Assembly (NCBI RefSeq): GCF_006345805.1
Contig: NW_021832765.1
Coordinates: forward strand, 1-32,013
DNA length: 32,013 nucleotides
From: Octopus sinensis
Lineage: Eukaryota
Direction of reading: 5' to 3'
In this document: one piece after another, positions 10,670 to 21,500 of the stretch
Position numbering within the stretch: the first letter of the stretch is position 1
Layout: every line of letters starts with the position of its first letter
The notes under the pieces: generated by a model
What the model was told of the DNA's origin: nothing
The model's input: the letters and a program-made list of their open reading frames with translations, nothing else
The model's database searches: none
Translations under genes and position numbers: made by a program

Positions 10670-11942
10670 ATGTCATCTAATAAAAGGAAACCTAAACTCA
10701 AAATGAATCTCAAATCAAAAGTCTACTCCTAAAAATTTAATTTTAGAGACAAAAAACGAATTCTGATTCCGCAAAAGTACCGGAATGGGACCCAATTAGT
10801 CCCTCGGTTACTGCATTGAACGAAATCCTACAAGAATTAGGTTAAATCCCCACAATAATATCCAGGCTGCAAAAACATGACGTTTAAGGAACTCAATTAT
10901 TACAACTTTTCCAACACAATTCCTTATTATAAGTAAAAATATTTAAATCTACAAATAGTCCTATTTATGGAATACTTTTAATTGATAAAAGCGACTCTGG
11001 TTGTATAAAAAGTAAAAATGACTTCAAATCTATGCCTGTGCACAATTTTTTTTGCATCGATAAAGTTTTTTTGTCCATCCAAGCTTACAGATTGGGGACA
11101 ATTCTTTCCTGACATTGTCCGTCGTAAAGCTTCTCCTCAACATTGATCCCTCGGCCCCTCCTTTGAGTCAGCCATTCCTTGATTTCAGAGATCTTTGTGT
11201 TGATTCTGACTCTGCCGTATTTTTTGAGGTATTTTAACTCCTATAGACGAGAGGACATGAGTTTTATAACCACGAGACATTCCGTTCGGCTCATAATAGA
11301 GTGGCCAGGTAGGAATTTGGCCTCATTTCTAGCCGACATGGGTCTAAAGGCATGCAAATTGACGATTTTTATCATTTTGTCATATTTTTTAGAAATAATG
11401 GAAATATTATCGAAATGAATTCTATTTTGGAAAATCCAATGAATGGTGGGAGTGATTATGGAGCATTTTCTACTGATTGGTGTAGTTATATATTCGACGA
11501 TTTGGCTAAAAGAAAGGAAACTAAACCATCTACGTTGTTTTATTTATTATTTCCGATTGATTAGTGTTGGGGACTTTGATGAGTCTAATTATTGGTTGTT
11601 GGTTTTGGTGAAGAATGTTCGTTGGGAGTGTGAGAGTCGGATTAGTGAGCTGGAAGGTCTCTCATGTCCTACTGAGAGTGAATTGGCAGAGTTGCAGCAA
11701 GTCAAGACCAGGTTAGAAGAGGATGAAAAATACGACGAGGAGTGTAGGGTTTGGTTGTGGTTGTGATTTAAGCAATTTTCTATTCGAAAACATCACAATT
11801 ATGTCCCCTTTGTAGGGGAATTGATTACTCTCCTTGCGAAGGATAATAAATTGAGTACTGTCGTCAAACAGTCTATTGTAGTTGTTAGTTTAGTATGTTT
11901 TAGGAGGAAAGCTTATCTATGGAGGTGGATTACGAAGGCTGA
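10670..11942 (+). CDS. UCHL5: UCH37/UCHL5-like peptidase C12 protein with ULD tail; catalytic residues substituted
   Basis: Nine mini-introns (10721-10746, 10841-10865, 10933-10958, 11065-11090, 11217-11246, 11309-11332, ~11534-11564, 11749-11772, 11878-11903) give an uninterrupted frame. Motifs include EWDPISPS..ELGCK, PIYGILLI, SAHNRVA, FYHFV and the ULD motif RKHHNYVPFVGELITLLA. Confidence 0.85.
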
Positions 11943-12249
11943 ATTTAAAATTGGCTCTTAATTTTTATATTTTGTTTTTAAAAATTGGTAATATGGTAAA
12001 ACCATTTAATGTTATTTTATTAGCAATTACACAGTCGATTAAGATCAATACTTGGTTACGGGTGTTCTTAGAGATTTTAAGTTAGGGATTATGTTAGAAT
12101 AGTTACCTGATGTTGGTAAAATATTCTTGAATGTCGAGATAAGTCACGATATTAGCATAGGTCAGGGGTGGCCAACCTTTTTCACCGGCGAGCTACTTTT
12201 AATATTGCGATTTTTTGTTTGACTTTTTTAAAACAGAATGTAAAAAATA

Positions 12250-12387
12250 ATAAAATGATCCACGTTAATTCTTGGATTGAGAGGACGAGCGAATAGACAG
12301 GCAGTTTCCGCGCAATATCGCGAGCGAAATGCGCTGAAATTCCGCATCTGCACTGATGTGGCTGGCAAATCTCTATGCCAAGCCGTA
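12250..12387 (-). mobile_element. CRE-like RLE retrotransposon remnant, internally deleted
   Basis: LRLGIEICQPHQCRCG (start of the zinc knuckle) is fused to SLAILRGNCLSI (CRE-type C-terminal S.AI.RGN motif). Confidence 0.7.
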
Positions 12388-12796
12388 AACAAATTGGAAC
12401 AATATCTGAGAAACGAATTAATTCAAAATTTTGACAATATTTGGGTGGTAACTGGCCCAGCATTTCTTCCCTTTGAGTCCGATCCAACGGAAATTCGAAT
12501 AAAAGTATTTTGAATTGTTCATTCACGAGGTCATCGGAAATAATAACGTTTGGGTTCCAACCCACACATATAAGGTTGTTTTGTGTCAGTCTCAGACTGA
12601 TACTTATTTGGGGGCCTTTCTGATTTTAAATCATTCTAGTGGATATCTAGAAGATTATAAGGACAACATGGTTAAACAGTTAAGTATAAATTAGGTCAGC
12701 ATTGATGAATTGGAACAAGATCTTGGATTTGATTTTTTTCCGGAACTGGATAGAACAAATGTCAAAGATTTACGTGATTATCTGAAAACGGTTTAA
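12388..12796 (+). pseudogene. 3' half of an endonuclease G/EXOG-like non-specific nuclease gene
   Basis: NKLEQYLR..NIWVVTGPAFLP..K|VIGNNNVWVPTHTYKVVL..|VSIDELEQDLGFDFFPEL. Introns are 12505-12529 (25 nt) and 12671-12694 (24 nt). The DRGH catalytic half is absent, with TE sequence in its place. Confidence 0.85.
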
Positions 12797-13479
12797 ATTA
12801 GTTTAACGATTTTTTCTGGGTTTTTTCTTGGTTATGTATTGATTTTCATTTCAGATTGTTTCATGTTGTTAGGAATTTAATTTATTTATGTTAATTATTT
12901 TGATGATCTAATTTTAATTATGTTTAGGGACTCTATTTAAAATAAAAGAAAAACGACATCAGAAAAACGCTAAAATTAAAAATACGAAAAAAAACAAAAG
13001 CTCACCAAATTGTTCCTTAACGTTTAGTTATCAAATGTTTTACCTGCCAATTCTTGAAAAGTAGAAAATATGGTATCCTATCTAATTCTTGCTTTAACTT
13101 AACTTTTACTTTTATCTTGGCTATATTACAATGAGTTAGGGTTGTGCCAGGGTTCTTCCAAACTGGCTTTGTGCTCGTTGCATGAACGTGAAAGGAGTTT
13201 TTAGAACCACTATTTCACCCATTCCTTATTTACCAATACTTACCTCGAGAAAATTCAATTAGAGCCCTAATGAGATTTTGCCATCTTTCCAAATACCAGG
13301 ATATGCCCCAAGTAAAATTTCGAAGCATGTTAGATTTTATAGCCGCCGATAGCTTCTCAACTTTTATCAAAAAAATACGAACTAACTGCAACAAAGACTG
13401 GTAAAAACTCCGCATGATTGACATCAATTTGCTTAATTCATCATTTCAAATTAAACTTAGCAGTTATGTGTCTTTAACA

Positions 13480-14368
13480 GATAACCAAAAATTAAAATTT
13501 AGTTAGTATGTCCTGAATTAGTGAATTATCTTGATTAAAGGAGAATCAGTATGCACAGGAGAGTACCAGCCATAAAATAAAAACTCCTACCTACTATTAT
13601 ATATTACGCCCTCATTCCAATAAGAGGAGGGGTAGAGTAAGCAATATACCTTTCCCGATTATGTCACCAGCTTCAGAATTAGTTTCTGGGCCTCCACTCG
13701 TATTGGTCGTATTTTCTTCATTTAGTCTCAATGCCTCCAAAATAGTTTCTCTTTCATATCTTAATTCTCTGAATCTTTGATTCAATTCTCTACTTGGGAT
13801 AATATTTCTATAATTACAAATAAAAAGACTACAATTTATTTTCCGGATATAAAATACTATCGGCGTTAGGAATATCCTCAAACTTCATTATTTTGAGTAA
13901 TTTGTATATGATAATTCCAGATTTATATTGCTTATATTAAAACACTGAATATACTTGACATATGGGATCGTTAAACATTCCATCGACTATAAATGTGTTA
14001 TATTTACCTTAACCATTCGTTGAACTTTCGAGATATACTTTCAATTTTCCAACTCTATTAGTAACATGATATCCTTCATCACTAATTGAACTACAGTTTG
14101 ACTGACACAGAGTTCAAACTCAACAATCTCAACTGAAATATCTTCTCCTTCATTGACAAAAATAATATTCACTAGCTGTGACAGTGCCTACACTAGTTAA
14201 ATAATCATTCAACATTTTTGACAGCATCCAACATGAACATCTGAATTAAAATAAAAATAGATTACTCTATTCTTATCACACTTCACTTTTAGTTCTCCGG
14301 GACCTATTTGATGTCAATAAAATAATACTTGATGTGTATTGTAGCACCAACAGCACAGTCAGAATCAT
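13480..14368 (-). CDS. Uncharacterised multi-exon gene or pseudogene, possibly secreted or membrane-bound
   Basis: Signal-like MILTVLLVLQYTS at 14368, followed by a run of ~25-nt GT-AG segments separating short coding-like blocks, including ORF 13612-13881. I could not fix a unique splicing path. Confidence 0.35.
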
Positions 14369-14539
14369 TATTATTTATCGTTGAGTTTCATTTTATATCT
14401 GTGTAATTAGGCGAATTATTTGCACATTTTTATTTAGTTCTTTAAAATTGGGTTATCTCATATTTAATCTCTCTAATCTGACTAACTCTAGCGTGCCGTT
14501 GAAAACGAACTGATAATAAAATTCTATCATTTAATAATT

Positions 14540-15050
14540 ATTAATTTAGGATTTGTGGGCATTCATGAACACCTGGACTTCAGTGCCGAAACTAGCACGG
14601 AACCTGTAAAAAGAACGGCCATTGAAAATGTCCAGCCTCGTTCCGTTGATGACAATTAAAGTCTCCCTTATCTAGAAACGAACTCAAAATTAGACGCAGT
14701 GAAAGCAATTATCTTCTCTATGAATGTTGAAGATAGAAGACAGTGGGCGGCATCAGTTTACGAAGCTATCCATTCGAGGTTAGGGCGTGTCCCTAGAGGT
14801 AGTTGGAATGTCATACTAGAGGATTTTAATTTTAAATTTGAAGATAAAATCTTTTTGTCCGAATATAGAAAGTTGGAAAATAAAAGGCAACTATCTTCTG
14901 CTAATGTGGATGAGTCCAAAAAACGGCTGATTACTCGGGAAGTGGGTGTGGTACAGGACTGTTCGCTTGCTGCAAGCTAACTAAAAATTTATATATAAGT
15001 GCATGAAAATTAGTTGATAGCTAAATTTTTAAAGATTAAATTCAAGGAAA
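14540..15050 (+). mobile_element. 5' fragment of an R4/Dong-like element
   Basis: EDRRQWAASV..SRLGRVPRGSWNVILEDFNFKFE is homologous to DRRRWVTEV..SRFGRIPRGGWSLITNAFNSKFE at the 5' end of the 23-28 kb element. Confidence 0.7.
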
Positions 15051-15089
15051 CACATTCTTGCTTCAATATACATCCGAATGAAATGTAGC

Positions 15090-16358
15090 ACTTATTCACC
15101 CAATTCTGAAGCCCGGGAAGCCTAAGGACAATCTTGACTTATATAGACCCATCTCTCTATTATGCGTCCTATCTAGAATCCCTGAGAAACTAATACTAAA
15201 ACTAATCCAATCATCTCTCCACTTGTTACATTCCAACATGGTTTTAAGAAAGGACCATTTAAATCTTCATATCTGAAAAAAAACTCTAATTTTATCTGCG
15301 AAAGCTTCAAAACCAAGCCTATCTAAAAAAAATTATTTGCTCAGTAGAAATACAAAAGGCGTTCGATTCAGTCACTAAAAAGAATCTTTATTGAGCGACA
15401 TTCCAATCCCTTACTCACCAGAACGACATCTTACTCTTCTATGCTGATGATATCATATAAGATCAACGGACCAAAATCCACTCAAAGCAATCCAAAGACT
15501 TCAGAGAAACATCCACAACATGTTTTTCTGCAATGTACAAACCAACTGAATCTAAGCTCCGAAAGATGCATAACCACTCTATTCACGACAACAAAAAATT
15601 ATCCAACTCCGAAATCAATGTTATTTTAAAAGGAACAAGAATTTAGCAGACAAATACTAGGTGTGATCTTTGAAACTAATTCTCATTTTCTAAGAATATT
15701 GACAATCATAAATTAAACTATCGAGAAGATCAAACTTTTTAAATTCCTTTCACGGGAATACAACAATCCTGATTTAAGACTATATACAAGCAAATATGTC
15801 GAGCGCAACATTGCTTATGCTTGTGGTGGCTGGAAATCATTTCTGGTCCCCTCCAAAATCTGCAAAAGATCTCGAACCTACAGCTGAAGTTTATCTCCGA
15901 TTTTACTAAACGGATTATAAAGCCAAAAGCTTTTAAAAGCTTGTAAGGATGACGGGTTCTAGAGTCAGCTCAGACCTTTGGATCCTTGTCCAATCCGAAG
16001 ATGCGTCGGATCCCTGGCTGAACACAGAGAGAAGATGCGTAGAGTGATTGGGAATGACGGGATCACCTAAATAATCTGAGTGAAATGTAGAACATTATCA
16101 TACGCCTAAAAATGCACATTTATGCGAACCTGACAAAATCAATACCATTATAATAAAACATCTTTGACCTGTGGTCATCATGGTGCCGAAAAAAATATAA
16201 AACTATTTTATCAACTACAATAAAATCCCAGCCACATGGAAAATGTTACAGATTCACCCAATTCTGAAGTCCGAGAACCTAAGGACAATCTTGATTTATA
16301 TAGACCCATCTCTCTATTATGCGTCCTATCTAGAATCCCGAAGAAACTAATACTAAAC
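15090..16358 (+). mobile_element. Highly decayed LINE RT remnants, with a ~105-bp block present twice
   Basis: PILKPGKPKDNLDLYRPISLLCVLS at ~15098-15175 and again at ~16252-16357. KAFDSV lies at ~15356 and YADD at ~15440. Many frameshifts. Confidence 0.7.
15940..16075 (+). mobile_element. 'GIT*' LINE 3' stub
   Basis: GSLAEHREKMRRVIGNDGIT* (stop 16068-16070). About 50 bp are nearly identical to 25479-25530. Confidence 0.75.
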
Positions 16359-16629
16359 TGGTTCATATGAGCTTATCGCTAGTCTCATGCAATCCGCAAG
16401 ATGGTTGTCCCTCAAACGGGTCCTGTATCGAGATTTGATCATTTTCATGCTTAAAAATGATGTTTCGCATGAAAGAATTCGTTGCTACGAGTTTCTATTT
16501 CAATATGTCTTGGTTCAACGTCAAAAATCTTTTTAAATTTTTCTGAAACATTTTCGATGTTTTTCTCCATGAGCGGAGAAGCTAAGAAACTGCATAATAT
16601 TATAATTTTCTTGAAATCGCTAAATCTGT

Positions 16630-16769
16630 GTTTAAGCCAGAAGCACATCACTCCGATCCAATTCCTCACAAAAACTGCTCCCTCCCGTCCCGCACTTGCG
16701 TTGGGTCCAGTGTCAACATCGGGAAAAGGTCAGAAAGATCTTGAGGATTGTTGGAATCACCTAATTAAT
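16630..16769 (+). mobile_element. 'GIT*' LINE 3' stub inserted in the hAT transposase relic
   Basis: QHREKVRKILRIVGIT* (stop 16762-16764). It interrupts homology to the 28.7-kb region. Confidence 0.75.
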
Positions 16770-17722
16770 AGAATAGAATAGTGTTTATTGAGCGAAAAGA
16801 AAAAAGAAAAACAAGGAAGAAATCATCAACGGGGAGATAAAGACAAGGCACCGAAGTGTCTCTTTCCATGCGTATCCCCAATTTGTAGTCATAGTTGACA
16901 ACGATTCTCCAAGACCATCCGGATCGTGGGCACAGAGGATTCTTGTGAGTCTTTTAACCTTCCGTCAAGTTGTACTCCGTAAGCCAATTTCATAGCGAAA
17001 CGTCTTGTCTTTTCCAACTGTTCGATCAGGTAGTCACTCTCCTCCGTACCGTCCCACCCCTCGTAGCCATATGTGAGGACTAGCTGCACACACGTTTTGT
17101 ATACGTAGATGTACGTTTCCGGATCCAGATGGAACCTGGTTAAGCTTTTGAGAAAGAGCACCAATTATCCCGTGCTGACAGAAATGAAGCATGGCTAACT
17201 GTAGTGTGTCTAGATCTGGTCAAAGCCTTCGATAGCGTGTGGCACCTGGGCCTACTCTCCAGAATCCATGACATCGCTATCGGGGTGTGTGAAACTTAGA
17301 AGGGGAGTCCCGCAGGGATCTATCTTAAGTCCACTTCTGTTCAACCTCTTCTTGGCGGACATTCCTCTGCCGTCGACACGTACTGGCAAGCTCGTCATCT
17401 ATGCTGACGATATCCTGGTCATGGATACCTCGAAAAGGATATCGCAGTCTTGGAGACGACTGAAATCATACATTGCAACGCTAAAGATGTGGACTATAGA
17501 GAAGGGTTTGACCCTAGCACCGGAGAAGAGCACCATTTCATGGTTGCGGAGAGGGAGTCGCTATGCGGAGTCGTGTGCATATGCGATGAGTAGTTATGTG
17601 ATGGATCTCGCGAAAAGCAAAAATCTTTATTACCTGGGAGCAACCATCAACTGTCGTGGCTCGTACGCAGATCATATAGCAAATCAGAGAAAGAGGAGTG
17701 TGAGGATTCTCAAAAGCTTAAC
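16770..17722 (-). mobile_element. LINE insertion with inverted 5' part
   Basis: The RT core is on + (LDLVKAFDSVWH, GVPQGSILSPLLFN, YADD; 17155-17724). Its continuation KSLTRFHL..VYKTCV..LTYG is on - (17154 downward) and ends in AATAAA plus a (CTATT)3 tail. Flanks are cacctaattaat and cacctaactaat. Confidence 0.85.
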
Positions 17723-18108
17723 CACCTAACTAATTACCCTTATTCACTGTTGATGATTCTTGAGTTAAATAACAAAAATTATATTTTCTAGTACTATTGC
17801 AAATTCATTGAGATATTGATTTTTATCGGTAAGTTGTTTTGTTAATTCATCTTCAATGTTAGGAAAATGGGTAAAATTTTCTTTTCGGATTTGAGATATT
17901 CATTTATCCAACTTCATTATGAAAGAATTTATCGAGCTGATCGTATCGATAATATATTTATTCTTTCCCTGTGATTTTAAATTAAGTTCATTCAGTTTTG
18001 TGGTAATATCAGTTAAAAATGCCAGGTTCAATAACCAATCAGGATTTTCAAGAAGACATGCAAAATTATTTTTTATAACAATTTAAATACAAAAATATAA
18101 TTAGCAAT

Positions 18109-18401
18109 GAAAATACGAAGCGCTGCGAGACCGATTCGTGTTCTATCCGATTGTGGTCGAGACAACTGGAGGAATAAGTGGAAAATCACTTCGCTTCCTA
18201 AAGAAGCTTGGACGCCTAGCCACATTAAAAAGCCACGACACACGTGAGACCCGGTAGCTTTTCCAGTTGATCTCTGTTGCTATCGTGAGAGGCAACGCAA
18301 CGTCAATAATGTTGGCGGGGTCCACTTTGGATGGACGGCTTTGTTAACTTCTAGCTGTTACTAATTTCTTATTTTTAATACTAAATAATTCATATTAAAA
18401 A
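18109..18401 (+). mobile_element. 5'-truncated CRE-like RLE retrotransposon
   Basis: KYEALRDRFVFYPIVVETTGG..LFQLISVAIVRGNATSI, with a short A tail. The 10-bp TSD aattagcaat lies at 18099-18108 and 18402-18411; the related hAT near 29877 has a single copy (empty site). Confidence 0.88.
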
Positions 18402-18574
18402 AATTAGCAATTTATATATCGAAAGCGATCGACCAAGAAATGCGCCGCGATCGACTGGATGGCCATCTCTGGCATCAGTTATTTACTTTATTTTCATCTC
18501 GAATGAATGTTTGATTTGATTAGTTAAATATAAATATTGGGAAAGACAAAATTTTCATTTGAATAATTAATTGT

Positions 18575-21500
18575 TTAGTCAACAAGTAAACCAGTTTTAT
18601 AATTGTGAGTTCAATTTTTTTGGATTTTTGACATTTGAAGTATTGAATCAGATTAGTTCTAACTATACTTAGCTGTAAATATTTGGATAAAATAACTTTT
18701 TGCCACTGAATTAAAATTTATGATACGCTTATTTATTGCAAACGATATACAGTCAACCCTCTCTATAGTGAACCCACTCTATAGTGAACAGGCCATATTA
18801 ATGCAATCTACAATAACAAATATTAGTAATTCTCATTAATATATTTATTATAAAATGAATACCACGTTTAAAAATGTATAATATCATTTATTTAAATATT
18901 TTTGTGTTCACTATTAAAGAATAGTGAACGTCAAATTTTTGTGAACATAAAAATATTAAATTTAATATTTTTACATATATATTTAAAATTCTTTAAAATG
19001 AATAAACTACACGTTCCACAGTTGTTAGCATGATGGAAAATCGAAAACGCCTGTCATTTTTTCAAAAAAAGGAATTAATCGAATTTTATCATAAAAATAG
19101 ACATTATACACAGCGCGATTTATCCCTTTATTTCAATGTTTCTCTGGGCTGCATAAACAAAATTTTGAAAAATTCTGAAGGAATACTTAATGTTCAAGAT
19201 GACCAAAAAAAGAATTGAACAAAAAAATGATTTTGCAAAAAAGAAAAATTCAAATTCTACTTGATAATGCGACTGTAAACTCACGTGATTTGGAGTTCAG
19301 TAACTCTTTTTTTTCCCTCCAAATACAACATCGAGGTTACAACCCCTTGATCAAGAAATAATAAAATCATTCAAAGACAAGTATAGACAACTCCTATGTG
19401 CACACTTGATTGAATTTTATACTAATGATGACAATGTAGATTACGGAAAAGTTGAAGAAATTCACTCCATTGAATTGCTTGATATTCATAAATCAAGCTT
19501 GGTTAGAAGTGTCGGAATTAACAATTACAAATTGCTTCAAGAAAGCATTTGAAAATGCGTTAATACAGAACCTGACAGAAATAGAAGAAATAGATTATGA
19601 AAATTTTTTGATTCATGAAAATGATCAAATTGACGACGAAAAATTAATACAAAACTTTGCGAGAAAACTAAAACAGCAAGACCAAGTTGAAGAGGAAGAT
19701 GAAAAAATTTTTGTTCCGACACTATAGAAGCTAGTGAATATGCGAAGGCGTTTGAATTATGGTTTCTTGAGAATGATATGAACAAAGAAAAAAAAAAAAA
19801 GTATACGAAATACAAAAAATTTTAAGAAATTATCAAACTAATCATTCTCAAAAAATCACCGATTACATGATTAAAATCTCTAAATAATCTTTGTAATTAT
19901 ACTTTAATATTGTTTATTGTTATTTTGATACCTTTTGTTCACTACAGACAATAGTGAACATGATGTTTTGACGTGGACATTTTGTTCATTATAGAGAGGG
20001 TTGACTGTATCTAATTTAGTTGATTCAGTTTCTTGTAACTTTCTAATCACAGACCTGTTTGTCTGAGATTAGTTGAGTATTCCATTAGGGAAAGGCTTTT
20101 TTTTTGATTTTATTTTTAACTTTTTGAGTACGCAAAGACAATTGAGAAAGCTTAAAGAACATTTAAATAAAAAAGCTAATTATATTTACTCTAACTGGAC
20201 AAGGTTTTTGAATGGAGAAAAGCTCAAAAATTCATTTATAATAGTCAATTTTGTATAATGTTGTGTATTCAAACAAATAGGTCGATTTTAATTATTTTAC
20301 CAAGTTTATCGATATTCAGCTTATGGGGTATTAAATCTATCTTTCTTTAATTAGTTGCTGTACAATTTTTAGATAATCTATGGAACACAAACGTTTTTGT
20401 TTCATGAAGTAGTGGATTTCCTATCCACAGCCATCGCCATCTAGAAACAATGCTTATTGGAACTAAACACTTTCGATCTATATTGGATCTTGATTAGTTT
20501 TTATTGGAAAAAATGTCAATCCCTCAAATGGCTCATTTTGATAAAATTTCGGTAAGAATTCTATTTAATACTCCCAACAAGATAAAAATAGTTTTCAAAT
20601 AAATGTTCGTATTTTAATTTTTTTGAGTTAAAATTAAATCATTTTTATCAGAAAAATAATTCCATGTGATGAATCAGAGATTAACTCCGAAATTTATTTA
20701 TTAAAGCATTCACAGAACAACACTTTATTATAACCATACCTGTTAAACCAATATGTGCGTAAAAACTGAATATATAAGTATAAAATTCACGTTAATAATG
20801 GAATTTATAGAATTTAAAACATGGACGACTCCTTGGAGAATTTTAACCAAGAAAGTAATTTTGGGGAAAATCAGAGAAGTGATAATGAAGAACATACAAG
20901 AAACGATGTCTTTCAATCACCTGATAGATCCAAAAATATCAAACCAATATATGAATGGGATAAACTACACATGATAGACCCTAAATTTAGCCCTTTTTGT
21001 TGGAGGGGACGTAAACCGTCTTCCTAATATCACATAACTATTATTTTTGGTTTCTGTTTTCAAATGTTTTTATTTTCATTAATTCAAAAATTCTAATAAA
21101 ACTTCCGAAAATGGCTCAATTTGTAGATTTTTGAAACGAAGAACTTTCAAATCACAATTCAAAAACGATTAAGGCTTTTAGCATTTTTCTGATAACTGCA
21201 TACTCATGAATGTCTAACGTACAACTAAAAGGTGGGAAGGTCATTTTCCTGTAAGTTCAATTTGAATTGGAGTTGCATAAATTGTGGAGTATTCTCTCGT
21301 CTTTATCCTCCAAAATGTTGGAAAAAACTGTAAGTAAAAAAGCAAAGGTGGCGATATTCCCAACCTCAAAAATCAACTACATTGTATTGCGTTTTTCTTG
21401 TCACGACTCCGATAATTTAGTCATGTTGATGATAAAGGTTTGGAGAAACTCGTCTTCGATATAAGCAGAAAGAAAGGTTTTCTCAGCATTTAGAACATGT

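Larger units (their letters stand above)
12163..18471 (-). mobile_element. Old Buster-type hAT copy in colinear pieces (12163-12215, 16360-16630, 17770-18108, 18402-18471)
   Basis: Each piece aligns by eye, in order and orientation, with the element at 28183-29962. Left TIR caggggtggccaacc; degenerate right TIR ggatggccatctctg. Flanks gcataggt and gcatcagt are 6/8 identical. Confidence 0.6.

Noticed and set aside
12182-12565. ORFs 12182-12565(-) and 12277-12513(+) as novel fusion proteins
   Set aside because: Chance read-through across the hAT, CRE and EndoG junctions.
20821-21027. Acidic ORF resembling a piggyBac N-terminus
   Set aside because: No TTAA-flanked TIR or catalytic motifs were found; too weak to call.
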